Of a stretch of 64,000 nt of DNA, positions 51,220 through 64,000 are shown in pieces. The DNA comes from Glaucostegus cemiculus (taxonomy: Eukaryota). The position numbers and the translations under genes are program-made. The stretch covers positions 10,788,001-10,852,000 of the forward strand of contig CDPCPM010000050.1 in NCBI GenBank assembly GCA_976551045.1, written 5' to 3'. The number at the start of each line of letters is the position of its first letter. Position 1 is the stretch's first letter. The notes under the pieces are model-generated. The model worked only from the letters and a program-made list of their open reading frames with translations, did no database searches and was not told the origin of the DNA.

Positions 51220-52886
51220 TAAACATTGCATTGAGCGTTAACAAGGATATCCCGAGAGTTAAATCCTGCCAATCTGCTTGCCGAAGGGAAATGTAATGAA
51301 TTTAACTGGAGTTGGCCCACGAAGGGTTAACCGGAGAGTTGGAGGGTGATGGAACTGGATAGAACATTTGGCATAACACGAATAATTGTTGTTGGTTTTC
51401 TCCTGTTGCTATACATCCTAGAAGTGGACATTAACAAGGTTGCTATTTCAACTGCGGCATTGGGCCAAGTATTTTTCTGTAAGCGACGCACCAGGAATGC
51501 AATGGTTTGCAAACACGAGTTGAGAATGGAACCTTTCACTCCACCTGAAATTAATGGTCCCGAACACACATTGCCTCATTCTGCCGCGGTGCACTGTGGG
51601 ACACGGGGAGGTCTGTCTTAACATAAACAATACGAGTATTATGAAGAAGGCACACGTGTTCAATTCCCTGCTTTTGCCCATCTAGACTTTCGAATCTAAT
51701 CGGTGTTGCATTATAAAGAGTAGTCCAAACATTGTCCTTTAAGGCCACAATGAAATCCTCAATGAAGGCCACCCAAAAATGTTTTTTTATTTTCCTTTTG
51801 TTATTTGTTGTAAAATGAGTGCAGTTGCTGCATTTGACTATTAAAGCGCTTAAAAATGATCACATCTCTATTGGCCTGTATTATCTGCGAGGTTTACCTC
51901 GGGATGAGAATTAACGTTAGAAAACAGAACCAGAACACAAATTGAAAACATCAACTTTGACAGTTTTGCTGAAGTTTCGTAATATTCTCCTGTCAGAATA
52001 GAGAGCTGTGTTCCCCAGACATTAAGCACTTCGTTAGGTAACGGTAGCCTTGGAAACTGCCGGGCAATGGATGGAAGGCCGATGGAGGCAGCCTTCCCTA
52101 CTGTGAAAAGGCGGCGATTGCTAAAATCTCTCTAAACAAACGGATAGAGACGCAACAATGAGAAATTCATTTAACAAATTGCTAGATGTAACCAGTACTG
52201 GTAGCCTCTCAATTAAGCGGGATGTAATGAAATTAAAAATCATTAGATCGTTCACCAGTGATGTCTAGGGCTTACGGGACTGTCAAAGCAATTTAACTAA
52301 GCCTGGGGGATGAGAGGGGCTCCAAGAAGAGATGACTTGGAGGGTCTGCCATTGCAGGACAAGCAGCGTCTTTCTGTCGCCAGATTCGCTTCCAACCCTT
52401 CCCCCCTACCCACCAACAATCTTGGCGATCTTGGAATAATTGCAGAATGAGTTCTTCGAAAAGTCACTTTGGCATTACCAGATGCTTGAAACGTTTTAAA
52501 TCACATTTAAAAAAAAATGAAAGACGGCGTGTCCTCCTAAGGGGTTGGCCGCTAATGAAAGGGGTTTAGGGAATTGGGTGTTTTCCAAAACAAGATCACA
52601 GCCACTTTGTGAGAATCTACCCAGAATGCCAGCATCCCCCTGCGTTGACTGGGACAAATTGCCATTGGGGTGAGAAGTGGGGACATTGAAAAGGACGAGG
52701 CGTACGACAACTTATCCCTCAGCTTTTAAATACAAAGATAATGATTTCCTTCCTCTTTTCTCTTTTTTTATTCCGTGATTTTGACGAGAAGCCTCCTGTT
52801 ACTGCAAATGCCCAAGTTGACAAAAAAGCTTAATTTAGACAGTTAATTTTTGTCCAACTATAACTGCACTTATCTTCTTTTGTTAG

Positions 52887-53210
<324 letters not shown>

Positions 53211-56118
53211 TAAGCAACATTGTAACTGGGGCATATTGCAAACAAACGACACGCTTTGGATCTATACTTTAATAATTAATTTCATGCACAGCCATTAAAG
53301 ATTTAAACACTGCTTATTTACGTAACGCGATATTTAGATAGTTTTAAGAAAATAAAATGGCTGAGATTGAGATGATACGTTTGCAGTACATTTTAGACCA
53401 CCAGGTTACAATCCCCAAACTGTTTTTGTTCTTTTTCTGGATGCCGATGGATCGCAGTATATTTTGAATATTTGCAGCTTTTATTTAAAACGTCTAGCAT
53501 TTGCGAATAACTTCCTTTGTATATTTCCGTTAAGATTTTTGTGAGTGGCTTGCATTATATGAGGATACTTTAATAACTCGCCACATATGAAAAGTTTAGA
53601 CTAATTTTTAATTTCCGCTCTTAGTGAAATAACGCCATTTGGGGAATTAGTTGAGGATTAAAGTTTCAAAGATCAACAATCACTCTGGCGGATGTCATTG
53701 AACGACCTGAGAAGGCAGAACAGCATATTTTATAGCTCCACTCAATTGCGCTACCCGCCGGTTAAACAATTGACGGGCAAAAACGTTCTACTGCATCGTT
53801 TATTCCAAGAAAAGGTCGATGCTTGGAGTAGGAATCCATTTAACTTCCCAACCACAAACAAAGTAAAAAAAAAACTCACCTGCACTTCACCAATTGCAAA
53901 ATGGAACTGACATTTATCATTTTTAATGAAAAAAGGTTGCGTTTCCTTGAAATCCCTCCAAGTGCAAGGTTTGTAGCATCAGACTTGGGTTTTAAATTTA
54001 AGAGATCAATATTCTTCATTGAATTGTAAAATGTTCCAGAGAAACGTGATTGAAAAAATACCTATGTGGCGTGGGTTTTGAGATTCGAAGATTTAACAAA
54101 CTTAATAGCTAGAAGAACTTCCATGGCAGATTAGCCGCGCCAATGTCTGTTACTTGGAAGCCCACAATTTCAAATTAACTCGAAACGGGACAAACGTTGC
54201 AGCAGGTTGAAACAAAAATAACAGGGTGACTTATTCGGCTGACAAGCAAATCATTTTTAACTCTTTGCAATCTATTGCTTGAGCGTCCAGCTTCCTCAGC
54301 AGATCTCGCTACCTGAGACCATCTAATGTGTTAAACACTGACTTAGTTTGACGTCCTCTTCCCCAAGATTGAGTACACAGCAGGGCAATTACTTAGAATT
54401 GCACAGAGCACAGTTGCTCCCCAAAGGTTTTTGTTTTGCTTATTACAATTGAATTCTGTTATCCATTAAAATTATTAAAATGGGCACGCAAAGTATAAAG
54501 CCAAGTTTAAGTTTTATAATGCCTTTAAAACTGTCTAAAATAACGTGTGTTTTGTTGTAGAAATAATATTTAATCATCATCAATGTGTTTGTAACGCTCA
54601 CTTAAATTGAGATTAATCGTACGTTCAACGAAAGTATTACAAAACACAAGCTATTATAAATATTGAAAATAATGACGTGCTATGAGATACATTTCTAATA
54701 TATAACTCTCTGAAAACAAGAAATCATGCATGTACTATTTGAAACATGAAATACAGTTTGGGTATTTTCTATCAATTAATAAGATGGATGTTTTAAAATC
54801 AAATAATGTAGATATTTACTGAAACGAATGTTAGTTGTTCGGCTTATATTACTTAAAGTATTATCTGCATGTATTCCTTTCAATTGACCAGTGTAATTAT
54901 ACCCTGACATGCTTTCCTCCGTTGTGTTTTGCCTTGTATTTCCCTAACGCAACGGCGCTCTTACTTCACTCCTACCACTAACCTATTTGATTAAATGGCA
55001 AGCTCCTAAGGTTCGCGGTTCTGCTGAGGTGTATCACCTTGCCCACAACTTGCACCTTGTGGAGCCGCTGACGGGGTCCGCGCGGGAAAATATTATCTAA
55101 AGTTAAATGCAACGAATTTTCGTAGGGGACTTTTCAGAATCCCCAATACAATTTGTTCATGGTTTTCGAATGAAAGTAAGGCAAGTTTTAATATCAGCAA
55201 TATCCCTTTACAGATTGCCCCCAAAGCATTCACTGCAGGTTATTTAGTTGTGTGAATTATTGCCCTTACATTTTCCCAGCAGTGGGGATGATTATTCACG
55301 TTTGGGTCTTATCCACTTGCCACTGAAATAATAAAAGCCAGGTTCTGTATATCTTTGATTTCAATTGGACCGGGCTAATATCGTGGGTGCTGGCCGGGGC
55401 TACTGGTGCGCTGGCACGGACGTGTCCGGAGTCGACTCTGGACACCCTGGCAGACCTAAACCAGAATGGTCACCCAACTGAACCTCCAGTCAATCCAGAG
55501 AAAAGAGCGGTGAGCTCGTGTGTTTGAAATGCATGCTCATAGAAGTAACAGTAAATGACTTGATATATATGAAGTCTCCAGGAAGTTTCCTGGACAGCTT
55601 AGACACTTTAATAACGCCTCTTTTAATTCGGTTTACATTTATTCCGCAACGAAATCCAATTCAAATGCTTTGAGATACCCTTTTACCAGTTTACCAGGCG
55701 ATACTGACACATCCAAATCAATATGAATACCGGGCTACCTCGCAGACAGACAAAACTAATTCTAAGGTTTACATTACACCTTCAGTTTTATACACTTCAG
55801 TGACGGATTAAAGTTACACAGCATTGCTATAGATTGCATCAAGGTCTGTTGAATTCTGTTTCAGCATGAGAATATCTGTCAAAATGTTGGGAAAGTATGA
55901 GTGAAAACTTATATTTTCTTTAAACACAAAAAATGTTGTACAGTGAAGTAAGGAATGTTTAAAATGTCGAATCAGGTAGGCATTTAAGATCCATGTCTAA
56001 TGCAGCAGACTTGTTTGCATTGTCATTATTTTCACAGGGGATGTTTAATTGGGGGTTCCATTTGGAAAATATTTTATGTTAATGTGCTGTAAGAAATTTA
56101 AAGCAATTTTATTTTTAA

Positions 56119-56217
<99 letters not shown>

Positions 56218-57091
56218 TAACTCGCGCCCACACTCTGCGTTGCAGGAAATGGACCAAATGCCAAAAATATGTTGTCCGGCCAGACATATAAAATAATTTG
56301 CATTAGTCACAGTTATAATATGGGGAATCAAATATAATTGAAGAAGCAGCAAACCCGACTTTATCTGCTTTCTGCTGTATGGATAGAACACAGTTAAGAA
56401 CAAATTTGGGAAAACCAGAGCCTCTATTAATTACCTTGTACTAATAACCCTGCTTCATGCACAGACCTTCTAGACTATGAAACTATTACATGAAAATGTT
56501 GCTGCAGAACTTTTCAAAACTGGTCACACTTGGCCTTTAGACAGCACTGTATTGGGTCAGATTTTCCAAGCGCAGATTGATCCAAGAATACTTTTACTCG
56601 AAAATTGAAATCAGGCGTCCGTTGACCCTGGCCAACGAATGCATTCCTCAACATAAAGCCTGAAAGCAAGCATTCGTTGGCCTTGAGTAATCCATTGTAT
56701 TGGCCGTAAACAAGAAGGCGGAGAATTTCCTAAAGCAACATTATGCAGCACAGAAGAGGCTGTTCGGCCCATTGTGCATATGCAATGGTCGCCTTGCGCC
56801 ACCTCTCTGCACGTTTTCACAGCCCCTGACATTAGAATTGACAGAGCGATAGGCAGGAGAGGGAATCGCACAGAAGAATAACAAAATGTTTATTTGTGAT
56901 CTTCAAAGCATGCAAAAGTTTTAAATAACATGTGAAATTTAACTCTTCATGCCACAGACTGAACTATATAGTTTTACCACAATATTGTAACCACGACCAC
57001 AACAAAAATGTGCTCCATGTAAGTAGGATAATATTGAGGTTTTCATCCCGCTTTGAATGTTAACGTCTTTACTTTTGTAATATGCCTACAG

Positions 57092-57315
57092 TAAAGAATA
57101 CCCCGTGGTTCCCAGGAGCACGGTCAGGCAACGTGTGGGGTCCGCTGCGAATCAGTTCAGCGGGGAGATACGAGTGTTGCCCGTGTCCAACAACTTGAGT
57201 TCCCAGTACCAATGCGAGAACGGCGTCTCCAGTTCGTCTCAAGAGCTGCTCCCTCCCAACCCGTATTCACTTTCCCAGGAACAGAGTTCGCTCTATCACT
57301 GCAACAAAAGGAAAG
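57092..57315 (+). CDS. tbx5: TBX5 coding exon 7
   Basis: ctacag|[14 protein letters not shown]...[10 protein letters not shown]...YHCNKRK, G|GTAAGG. 224 nt. Confidence 0.96.
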
Positions 57316-58049
57316 GTAAGGCATCTTTCAGCGCGTTCTCCAACACTTCTCTGCCCACAGCGCGTTTTATTGTGAACTCTCATATACGCTGTCAGTGTCA
57401 TGTCAGGATCAGCTTGGAATGTTATAGTGAAAAAGATAGATAGTAGTACACGTTAGAATTGGAAATGAAATGTTTTCCAGTTCCAATAACATCGCGAGCG
57501 CAGCATATCGTATTATCGAGGAAACAGCCGATGTAAAAAATAAACTGGCAAGTAGTCATCTACCTCAAGTGTTCCCACTGAGAGATCTAAACTGTCTCTT
57601 CTGTGGGTGGCTTCTCTAAATAACCAGTTATCTGTTCCGCTTGAGTGTCAAAAAATAAACAACTCTTGAGGCTACAGTGGCCAGATGGAATGCGGTGATG
57701 TTAAACGAGCATGTGACCTTCCAAATCCCAGATCCACCTCACACCGGCTGGGCTTGTCAAGACTTCTTCCTCCTAAGTGCATTTTAGCAATATTCTGTTG
57801 CATGGAAGGCAAGAGATAACTTTTGTGGAGATATATCTTATTTCAGATATGCCTTTAGGAAGCTGCTGACTCACAGAACCCTTGACAAACACAGATGTAA
57901 AGGGTCCAGGAACATTTGCATTGGCTTGATAAGCTTTGAAATAAAGAGAAGAGCACTGATGTGTATGCACATTGGGGTTTGAGGGTAGTGAGGAAAGGGG
58001 ACAACTTGGTTGGCCTAGACTTTATGAAAGCAAAAAAAAGAACCATTCA

Positions 58050-58430
58050 CCTCAATAGAGCATTTTCTGCAACTTTAGTATGTTCCCAAATACATTACAG
58101 CCGATGAATTGTAGTCACTGCTGTAATAGAGGAAATAGATCCAAACATGTGCTTATGACCAGAAATTCAGCTCATTTGGCAACATTGACTGAGGCATAAA
58201 TGTTTGCCAGGACACTGGAGAATAACTCCCTTGCTATTCTTCATATAATGTCATGGAATCTTTAACATTCATCAGAGAGGGCAAAGGACCTCATTTCAAT
58301 GCCTCATCCCAATATATGGCCCTAACATTGTTTGCTCCCCTTAGTATGACACAGAGTGGAGTGTGAGCCAAGGCGTTGCAGTCACAGCTATGAAACAAAA
58401 CTTGAGCCCACAACCTGCTGATCTGAACTG
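58050..58430 (-). mobile_element. Degenerate Deu-domain SINE (SacSINE1/AmnSINE-like)
   Basis: TTACAGCCGATGAA..GTAGTCACTGCTGTAAT...GCCAGGACACTGGAGAATAACTCCCTTGCTATTCTTC...CATGGAATCTTTAAC matches the recalled Deu-SINE core in reverse. Confidence 0.6.
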
Positions 58431-58534
58431 GCCTCAGAGACATGAGACGCTTCGTACCTCGTGGCCCTGAGATATACACAGACAACATTACCACTAAACT
58501 GTGTATAAGATCATTTTTATCAACCTTACTAACA

Positions 58535-58955
58535 TCATCTCTTTACAATTTTGCCATCTGGAAGGAGGCTCAAATGTATCAGGGCGAGAACGACCAGGCT
58601 GAGCAATAGCTTCTTTCCGCAAGCCATCAGAACTGTGAACTCTCTCATTCCTCCATCTTCCTTGTTAACACTAAAGGATGCTAGGTGCACAGAAATGCAC
58701 CAGCAATTTAAATGCCCGCCACCAGCTCGTTCACTTTAATAACTATTTATTTAATTACCTGCCGTATTTAATTTAACTTGCCGTATTTAATTTAATTCAA
58801 ACTTCCGTAGTTTTTAATGGTTTTTTTTGTTCAGTGTGTCTGTGTGTTTCTGCTGTTTGTTATTTAATGGGACGAGCACCTGAGGAGGACGGTATCTAGC
58901 TCCTATACATACTATGTATGTATATGGTTGTGACAATAAAACTGATTCTGATTCT
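58535..58955 (+). mobile_element. 5'-truncated Rex1/Babar-like LINE
   Basis: HLFTILPSGRRLKCIRARTTRLSNSFFPQAIRTVNS is a Rex1-type ORF C-terminus. The 3' end is GTGACAATAAAA(CTGATT)n, with a candidate TSD CTAACA at 58529-58534 and 58954-58959. Confidence 0.8.
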
Positions 58956-59059
58956 AACAAAAGCAGTGTTTTTAATAGTTAATTGATATCTGTGCTGTTT
59001 CATAAATAGATATTTCATTAATGAAACTTGATTCCACTCTGATTTCTCTATATAAGCAG

Positions 59060-59646
59060 TAGAAGAAGACTGCAATGTGACCGAGCATCCATTCAAGAAG
59101 TCATACATAGAGAGCCCTCCTCCAGAAGATGACCCTTTCTACAGGTCCTCAAGTTACTCCCAACAGCAAAACCTTACTCCTTCTTATCGAACTGACTCAG
59201 CACAACGGCAGGCCTGCATGTATGCTGGCTCTACAGCAGGAACGGACCCCGGCTCCAGCCTTGATGACATTAGTTGTAACTCTTGGGCCACTGTTCCTTC
59301 ATACAGCAGCTGCACAGTGACTGCGATGCAGCCCATGGACCGAATACCCTACCAACATTTCTCAGCGCATTTCACATCAAGCCCATTAATGCCTCGCATC
59401 TCTGGAGTTGCCAACCACACGTCTCCACAGATAGGGGACACCCACAATATGTTTCAGCATCAGACCTCAGTTTCTCACCAGCCCATAGTCAGGCCATGTG
59501 CTCCTCAAGCTGGCATTCAGTCTGCAAGCAATCTTCAACCCGGTGACTACTTGTATCCACATGGCATGTCAAGAACCCTCTCACCACATCAATACCATTC
59601 AGTACATGGAGTTGGCATGGTGCCAGAATGGACTGAAAACAGCTAA
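59060..59646 (+). CDS. tbx5: TBX5 terminal coding exon (transactivation domain); the acceptor may instead be 59063
   Basis: [13 protein letters not shown]...QRQACMYA...YQHFSAHF...[23 protein letters not shown], compared with the TBX5 C-terminus EWSDNS. The spliced CDS is 1569 nt (522 aa) using CAG or 1566 nt (521 aa) using TAG. Confidence 0.95.
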
Positions 59647-61246
59647 TTCAGAGAACTCTCAACTGATCTGACATACATGAATGTTTGCATTTGATGAAGC
59701 TGAACACAGTTTTCAAGCAATACTTTTCTTTGGAAAATCAATCATAAATGGCTGTAATTTTCAAAGGACATTTTATAAAGTGACATATCATTGAAATATT
59801 CTTCCCTTTCCTTCTTCCTACTGTATTTATTTGAATTATATTTAAATAAGTCATTCACCAAAAACAAAAGTGAAGGGTTCCATCTGGTGGATGTTTCTCT
59901 GCAATGTATAGTTAATGTTTCTGAGGTGTTTTATTTGTAAATTTGGTCAAAAGTTGCATAATTCTCATACAAATGGAGGAATCATTAGTGGCATGTGTAC
60001 AATTCATGGAAAGTTCCCCTTGTTGAACCAATTGCTGCCATGATCTCATATGGTATAGATGAAGAAATATGGTGTGGTGTAATGAGCAATAGAGGACACC
60101 TGCATGCCTACATGTGTCACTGGAAGGAGGAAATACTTACCTCTCTTTCTCAAGGCAATTACTATTACACTTTTCTCATAATTATTTCAAAATGTTACCA
60201 GAATGCTTTATTGTGGATTAAATGCTCATTGGATCTATTGATCAGTAAAATACACATTTTAGGTAGCAAGAGTAACATCATGGTATATTCATAGCTTTCC
60301 AAATCAATTACAAGTGAAAATCAACCTAAACAGGTATTGCTTATGTAGCAGCAGAGAGGAAGAAAGGAAATCAAAATGGTTTGTATTGTAAAGGAATTAG
60401 TTAGCAGTACTGAGTGGCTGAAAGAATAAGCAAGAATATCACATGATTAACCTGCAAATAACATTCAAGGCATTAATTAAATTGCGATTTGATTTGCAAC
60501 TTTGGATTTTAGGAATATCGAAATATCTCCACAGTTTATATTGCTCCTTCTCCCACAACCTCAGAAATCTCATCTGCCCCATGAGTAGGACCATGACCAA
60601 GAATACAAGTAAATTCCTGAGTTCAATAAGATAATCATTGAAGTTCCCAAAACTTGAATAATGTCAAGGAGACACTTTATGGTTCAGAATTCAGGCTATA
60701 TCTTCTGCTTCAGAAGCAATTTAGGTTACTTTGTTCATAGAAAAGATTGGAAAATGTAGGGGAAAGTGCACTATTTCCAGATATATAGCAATGGGACAAC
60801 TCAACATATGTACATGGAAAAAATAGTGGATGTAAATAATGGAGAGAACATAGGTATTCTTTGTTTCACTTATAGTAATTATTTTATACAGATACCCATT
60901 TACAGCTATATATGTATTATATTTTGATCTTGTGATACTTAGCATCAATTTCTAATTGTCTCCAGTTTTGAGCAATACAGGTGTTTACATCATAAGGCAA
61001 AGAATAATATTCTTAAATTATGTGTCAAGCAATAAGTAGCTCTTTATTCAACGTGAACAAAGTGCAGAAATTGCTTGTAATAATTATTAGTATCTTTCTG
61101 GTCAATAGTATTTATTGTTGGACAATCCTAAAAGTGCTTGTTTTGGAGTATTAAGAATGATATATTGTTAGAGAAAAGTTGTTAAAGAAGTGCGCTTGAA
61201 AGTTCTTTGGTGTATAAAAGAGATGAATCAATTATGCTTCATTGTA

Positions 61247-61252
61247 AATAAA
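61247..61252 (+). terminator. Candidate tbx5 polyadenylation signal AATAAA
   Basis: First AATAAA I found after the stop, about 1.6 kb downstream, followed by T/GT-rich sequence. A second one lies at 61878-61883. Confidence 0.55.
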
Positions 61253-63469
61253 ACACAATGTATATACTGAAATGAAATAACTTCAAGTACTATCTTTGAG
61301 TGACTTACCTTTTCTTTGGCATTATGTTATGAATCTCTATCCAATGCAAATAGGGATCTGCCAATGAATGGGTCAACTAAGTCAAATACTCATGCCTGTA
61401 AAATATTGTAAAGATTGAGGCACACAACTGCAAGCATGTAAAGAAAATATAGTGAAATCACTTTCAGTACATTAAAGGCAGTTAACACACAAATTTGATG
61501 ATCTGCCTTTGTGTTTGTGGGTTCATATTGCATCACACTCTACAATAACTATCTCTTTTTCAGTTAAAAGAATATTATATACATTAAAAATACCTCCTTC
61601 TGTTTAAGGTCCTTATAATTTTTGTTCTAAGCAATCATTCCCATTGCAACTCAATGCCAGAATGCACTAAACATAATTCAAGACTGAACATAACAGACTC
61701 AGAAATGATGTATTTATATTAATGTATTCATTGTATGGTATTGGCTAGTGTGTCTGCTTGTGTGATGCAATAGTTCTCAGTGAAGGGCACTGACACAGAT
61801 TTTACTTTTTAGATTGTAATTAGTTTTGAACTGTATTTTGCAATGAAAAACACAACCATGGGAAATATCATACAGCAAATAAATAAGCTTTGTTAAAAAG
61901 AATTATAACAGTGGTCCTTTGAAAACAATCAGTGACTAAAATCAAGTACATAAGATACCTGGGGTCAGCTATGACAGAATCATCTTAGGTGTACACTTAA
62001 CTGTGGGAATTGTATTCTTAAGTTAATGTGCCGTGATCAGAAATAGTATTATCAGAAATAGTTTGACCATACGAATTTTACCATAACAGTTACTTGTTAA
62101 GAACATGTTATTTTACAGTTGATGTACTGTTAGTTGTCTTTTCTAATTTAACTAATGTTAACAATTCTTTCTGAATTATAAAAACAACTGTTGGGTGAAG
62201 GTTTCATTTCTAATTGCTGGCAAAGTTTGAAGCCGCAAGCAAAACTGTGGTTCACACTATATTTATGTAATCTTGGTAAAGCAAAAGTAACAATTTAATC
62301 CTTTAATTATGCCAACCACAAGCTTCTGCCACAAGGGTACACATTGTGCCCAGAAAAGTGGATACTAATTTTCCAGTGTTTGAACCTTTAAGATTTGGCA
62401 ATCTATCAACAATAAAAATGTAAATTAGGATTCATTTAGAAAATGTAATAACTGCACAAAACCAAAGGCACAATATGTGTAAAATATGTTTCACAGTTTC
62501 TACAATTAATGCATTAATTTTTACTTAAAAATTGTGTCTGCTTCCAATTCCATTCAGTTATTCCCCATGCCCACACGTCACCTACCTTGTGCGACCTCTC
62601 CGCTTTACCTAAAATGGTAAAAGCTAAGTTTCAGCATCCCTTTACTTTAGTATAGAATTGGCATAGAATTGATTGCTCATGGATTTCACATGTATTGAAT
62701 GACTAAAAACGACGTTTTATTCTTCAATGTTCCTTGCCATCTGGCAACAACAGTGTTCTGCTACTTGTGAAGAATAAAGTCAATTTCACTTGTATGCAGA
62801 GGTTCAAACAAAAAAATGTACTCTCTGCTTTAAAAATCTATCATTTTTAAATGTTCTCTACAGAGTTTGTTTTCCTCAGTGGGTTCTCAACTTCTGACAA
62901 AGTCCATTGCAAAATGTACGGACTTACACACATTAGACATAAAGAGCTCAGACATGATGTGTGTAGTTTACTTAAGCGTTCCTCACACACTGTCTCTGGA
63001 ACCTTCGATAAATACTGTTGCAGCTCAGGGTACAGTTAGTCACATGACATACCATGAAGGGGTACAACATTATGTAACTTTAGAATTATTTATTCATACA
63101 TATTAAAAAGTGACCAAATCTACACTTGTATGTCGGGAAATATGAGTTTAGAGTAGAATAAAATGTCCTTCAGATAAAAAATAACTTCACTGCAGGGACC
63201 AGAAATATTCTAATCAACTTAATGTGATTCGAATTATATAAATGTATATATTTTTGTTCACTCTGCATACTCTGTAGCTATGCTGAACTCCAACCATATC
63301 TAAGCAAAACATTGCCTACTAGCCAATATTAGGTAATTGGGAATTCAGACCCAGCTAACTGGTTTTCTGATAGTAAATAAAAATGAGTAACTTACTCCTG
63401 TCACGTTGCATAACCCTGTAATGTACTGTGTAGTTGAACCCATAATTTTAACTTTGATATTTATGATCC

Positions 63470-63865
63470 ATTTTTTACCATTCATTTTCTGGGAATTGGG
63501 CATCACTGACAAAGCCAACTGGTCCCAAGGAGATACTGCAAGACCATCTTCTTGATTTGCTGCACTCCTTCTGATGGACTTCCCTTGCAGTGTTGTGGGG
63601 CAGGGAGCTGCAGGATTCAGATTTTGAAGGAGAGGAGATAGATTGCCAAGACAAGATGGCATGCTACTTAGAGGGGAATCTGCAGCTAGTGATGTGTCCA
63701 TGTGCTTATTTTTCTTGTCCTTAGTGGTAGAGGTTTGGTTGGCACTGTCAGAGTAGCCTGGATTTGCAGATGGTATGCCTTGCAGGTGCAGTGCATTTGT
63801 GGAGGATTGAATGAATGTTTATTGTGGTTGATGAGTGCTAATCAAGCAGGTTGCTTTGTCCTGAG
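63470..63865 (-). mobile_element. L2/CR1-group LINE 3' fragment
   Basis: TTCATTTTCTGGGAATTGGGCATCACTGACAAAGCCA is the reverse of the 7140-7190 tail and continues into the family body. Confidence 0.55.
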
Positions 63866-63911
63866 CACAAGTTCAAGAATGAACAATCCAAAAAAACACT
63901 GACACAGGCAA

Positions 63912-64000
63912 CAGGAAATAAAACAGAAAATGCAGGGAACACACAGCAGTTCAAACAACATTTGTGGAAAGAGAAAAAAATTATAACATTCTACAACTTG
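63912..64000 (-). mobile_element. Degenerate Penelope pseudo-LTR copy
   Basis: AAACAGAAAATGCAGGGAACACACAGCAG...ATTTGTGGAAAGAGAAA is the same unit as 315-370. Confidence 0.55.

Overview
Eukaryotic vertebrate genomic DNA, most likely a cartilaginous fish (shark or ray, judged from the repeat families). It holds one protein-coding gene, the T-box transcription factor tbx5, on the + strand. There are 8 coding exons from ATG 48385 to TAA 59646, giving about 521-522 aa, with exon phases matching human TBX5 as I recall it. Upstream are about 48 kb of non-coding DNA with CR1, L2-like, Rex1/Babar and Penelope retroelement remnants and V-SINE/Deu-SINE copies. Notable points: (1) a GC-AG intron inside the T-box; (2) five consecutive in-frame NAG acceptors at the last exon, inside the bipartite NLS; (3) an apparently young sense-strand Rex1-like LINE carrying AATAAA about 100 nt upstream of the terminal exon; (4) Penelope-derived repeats with hammerhead ribozyme cores, one forming a fold-back; (5) two CpG-retaining domains (about 13.8-20.4 kb and 34.5-57.7 kb); (6) two non-coding blocks resembling the alternative first exons of human TBX5. 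Repeat boundaries are approximate. Cross-species comparisons are from memory and need alignment. No prokaryotic features or CRISPR arrays were seen.
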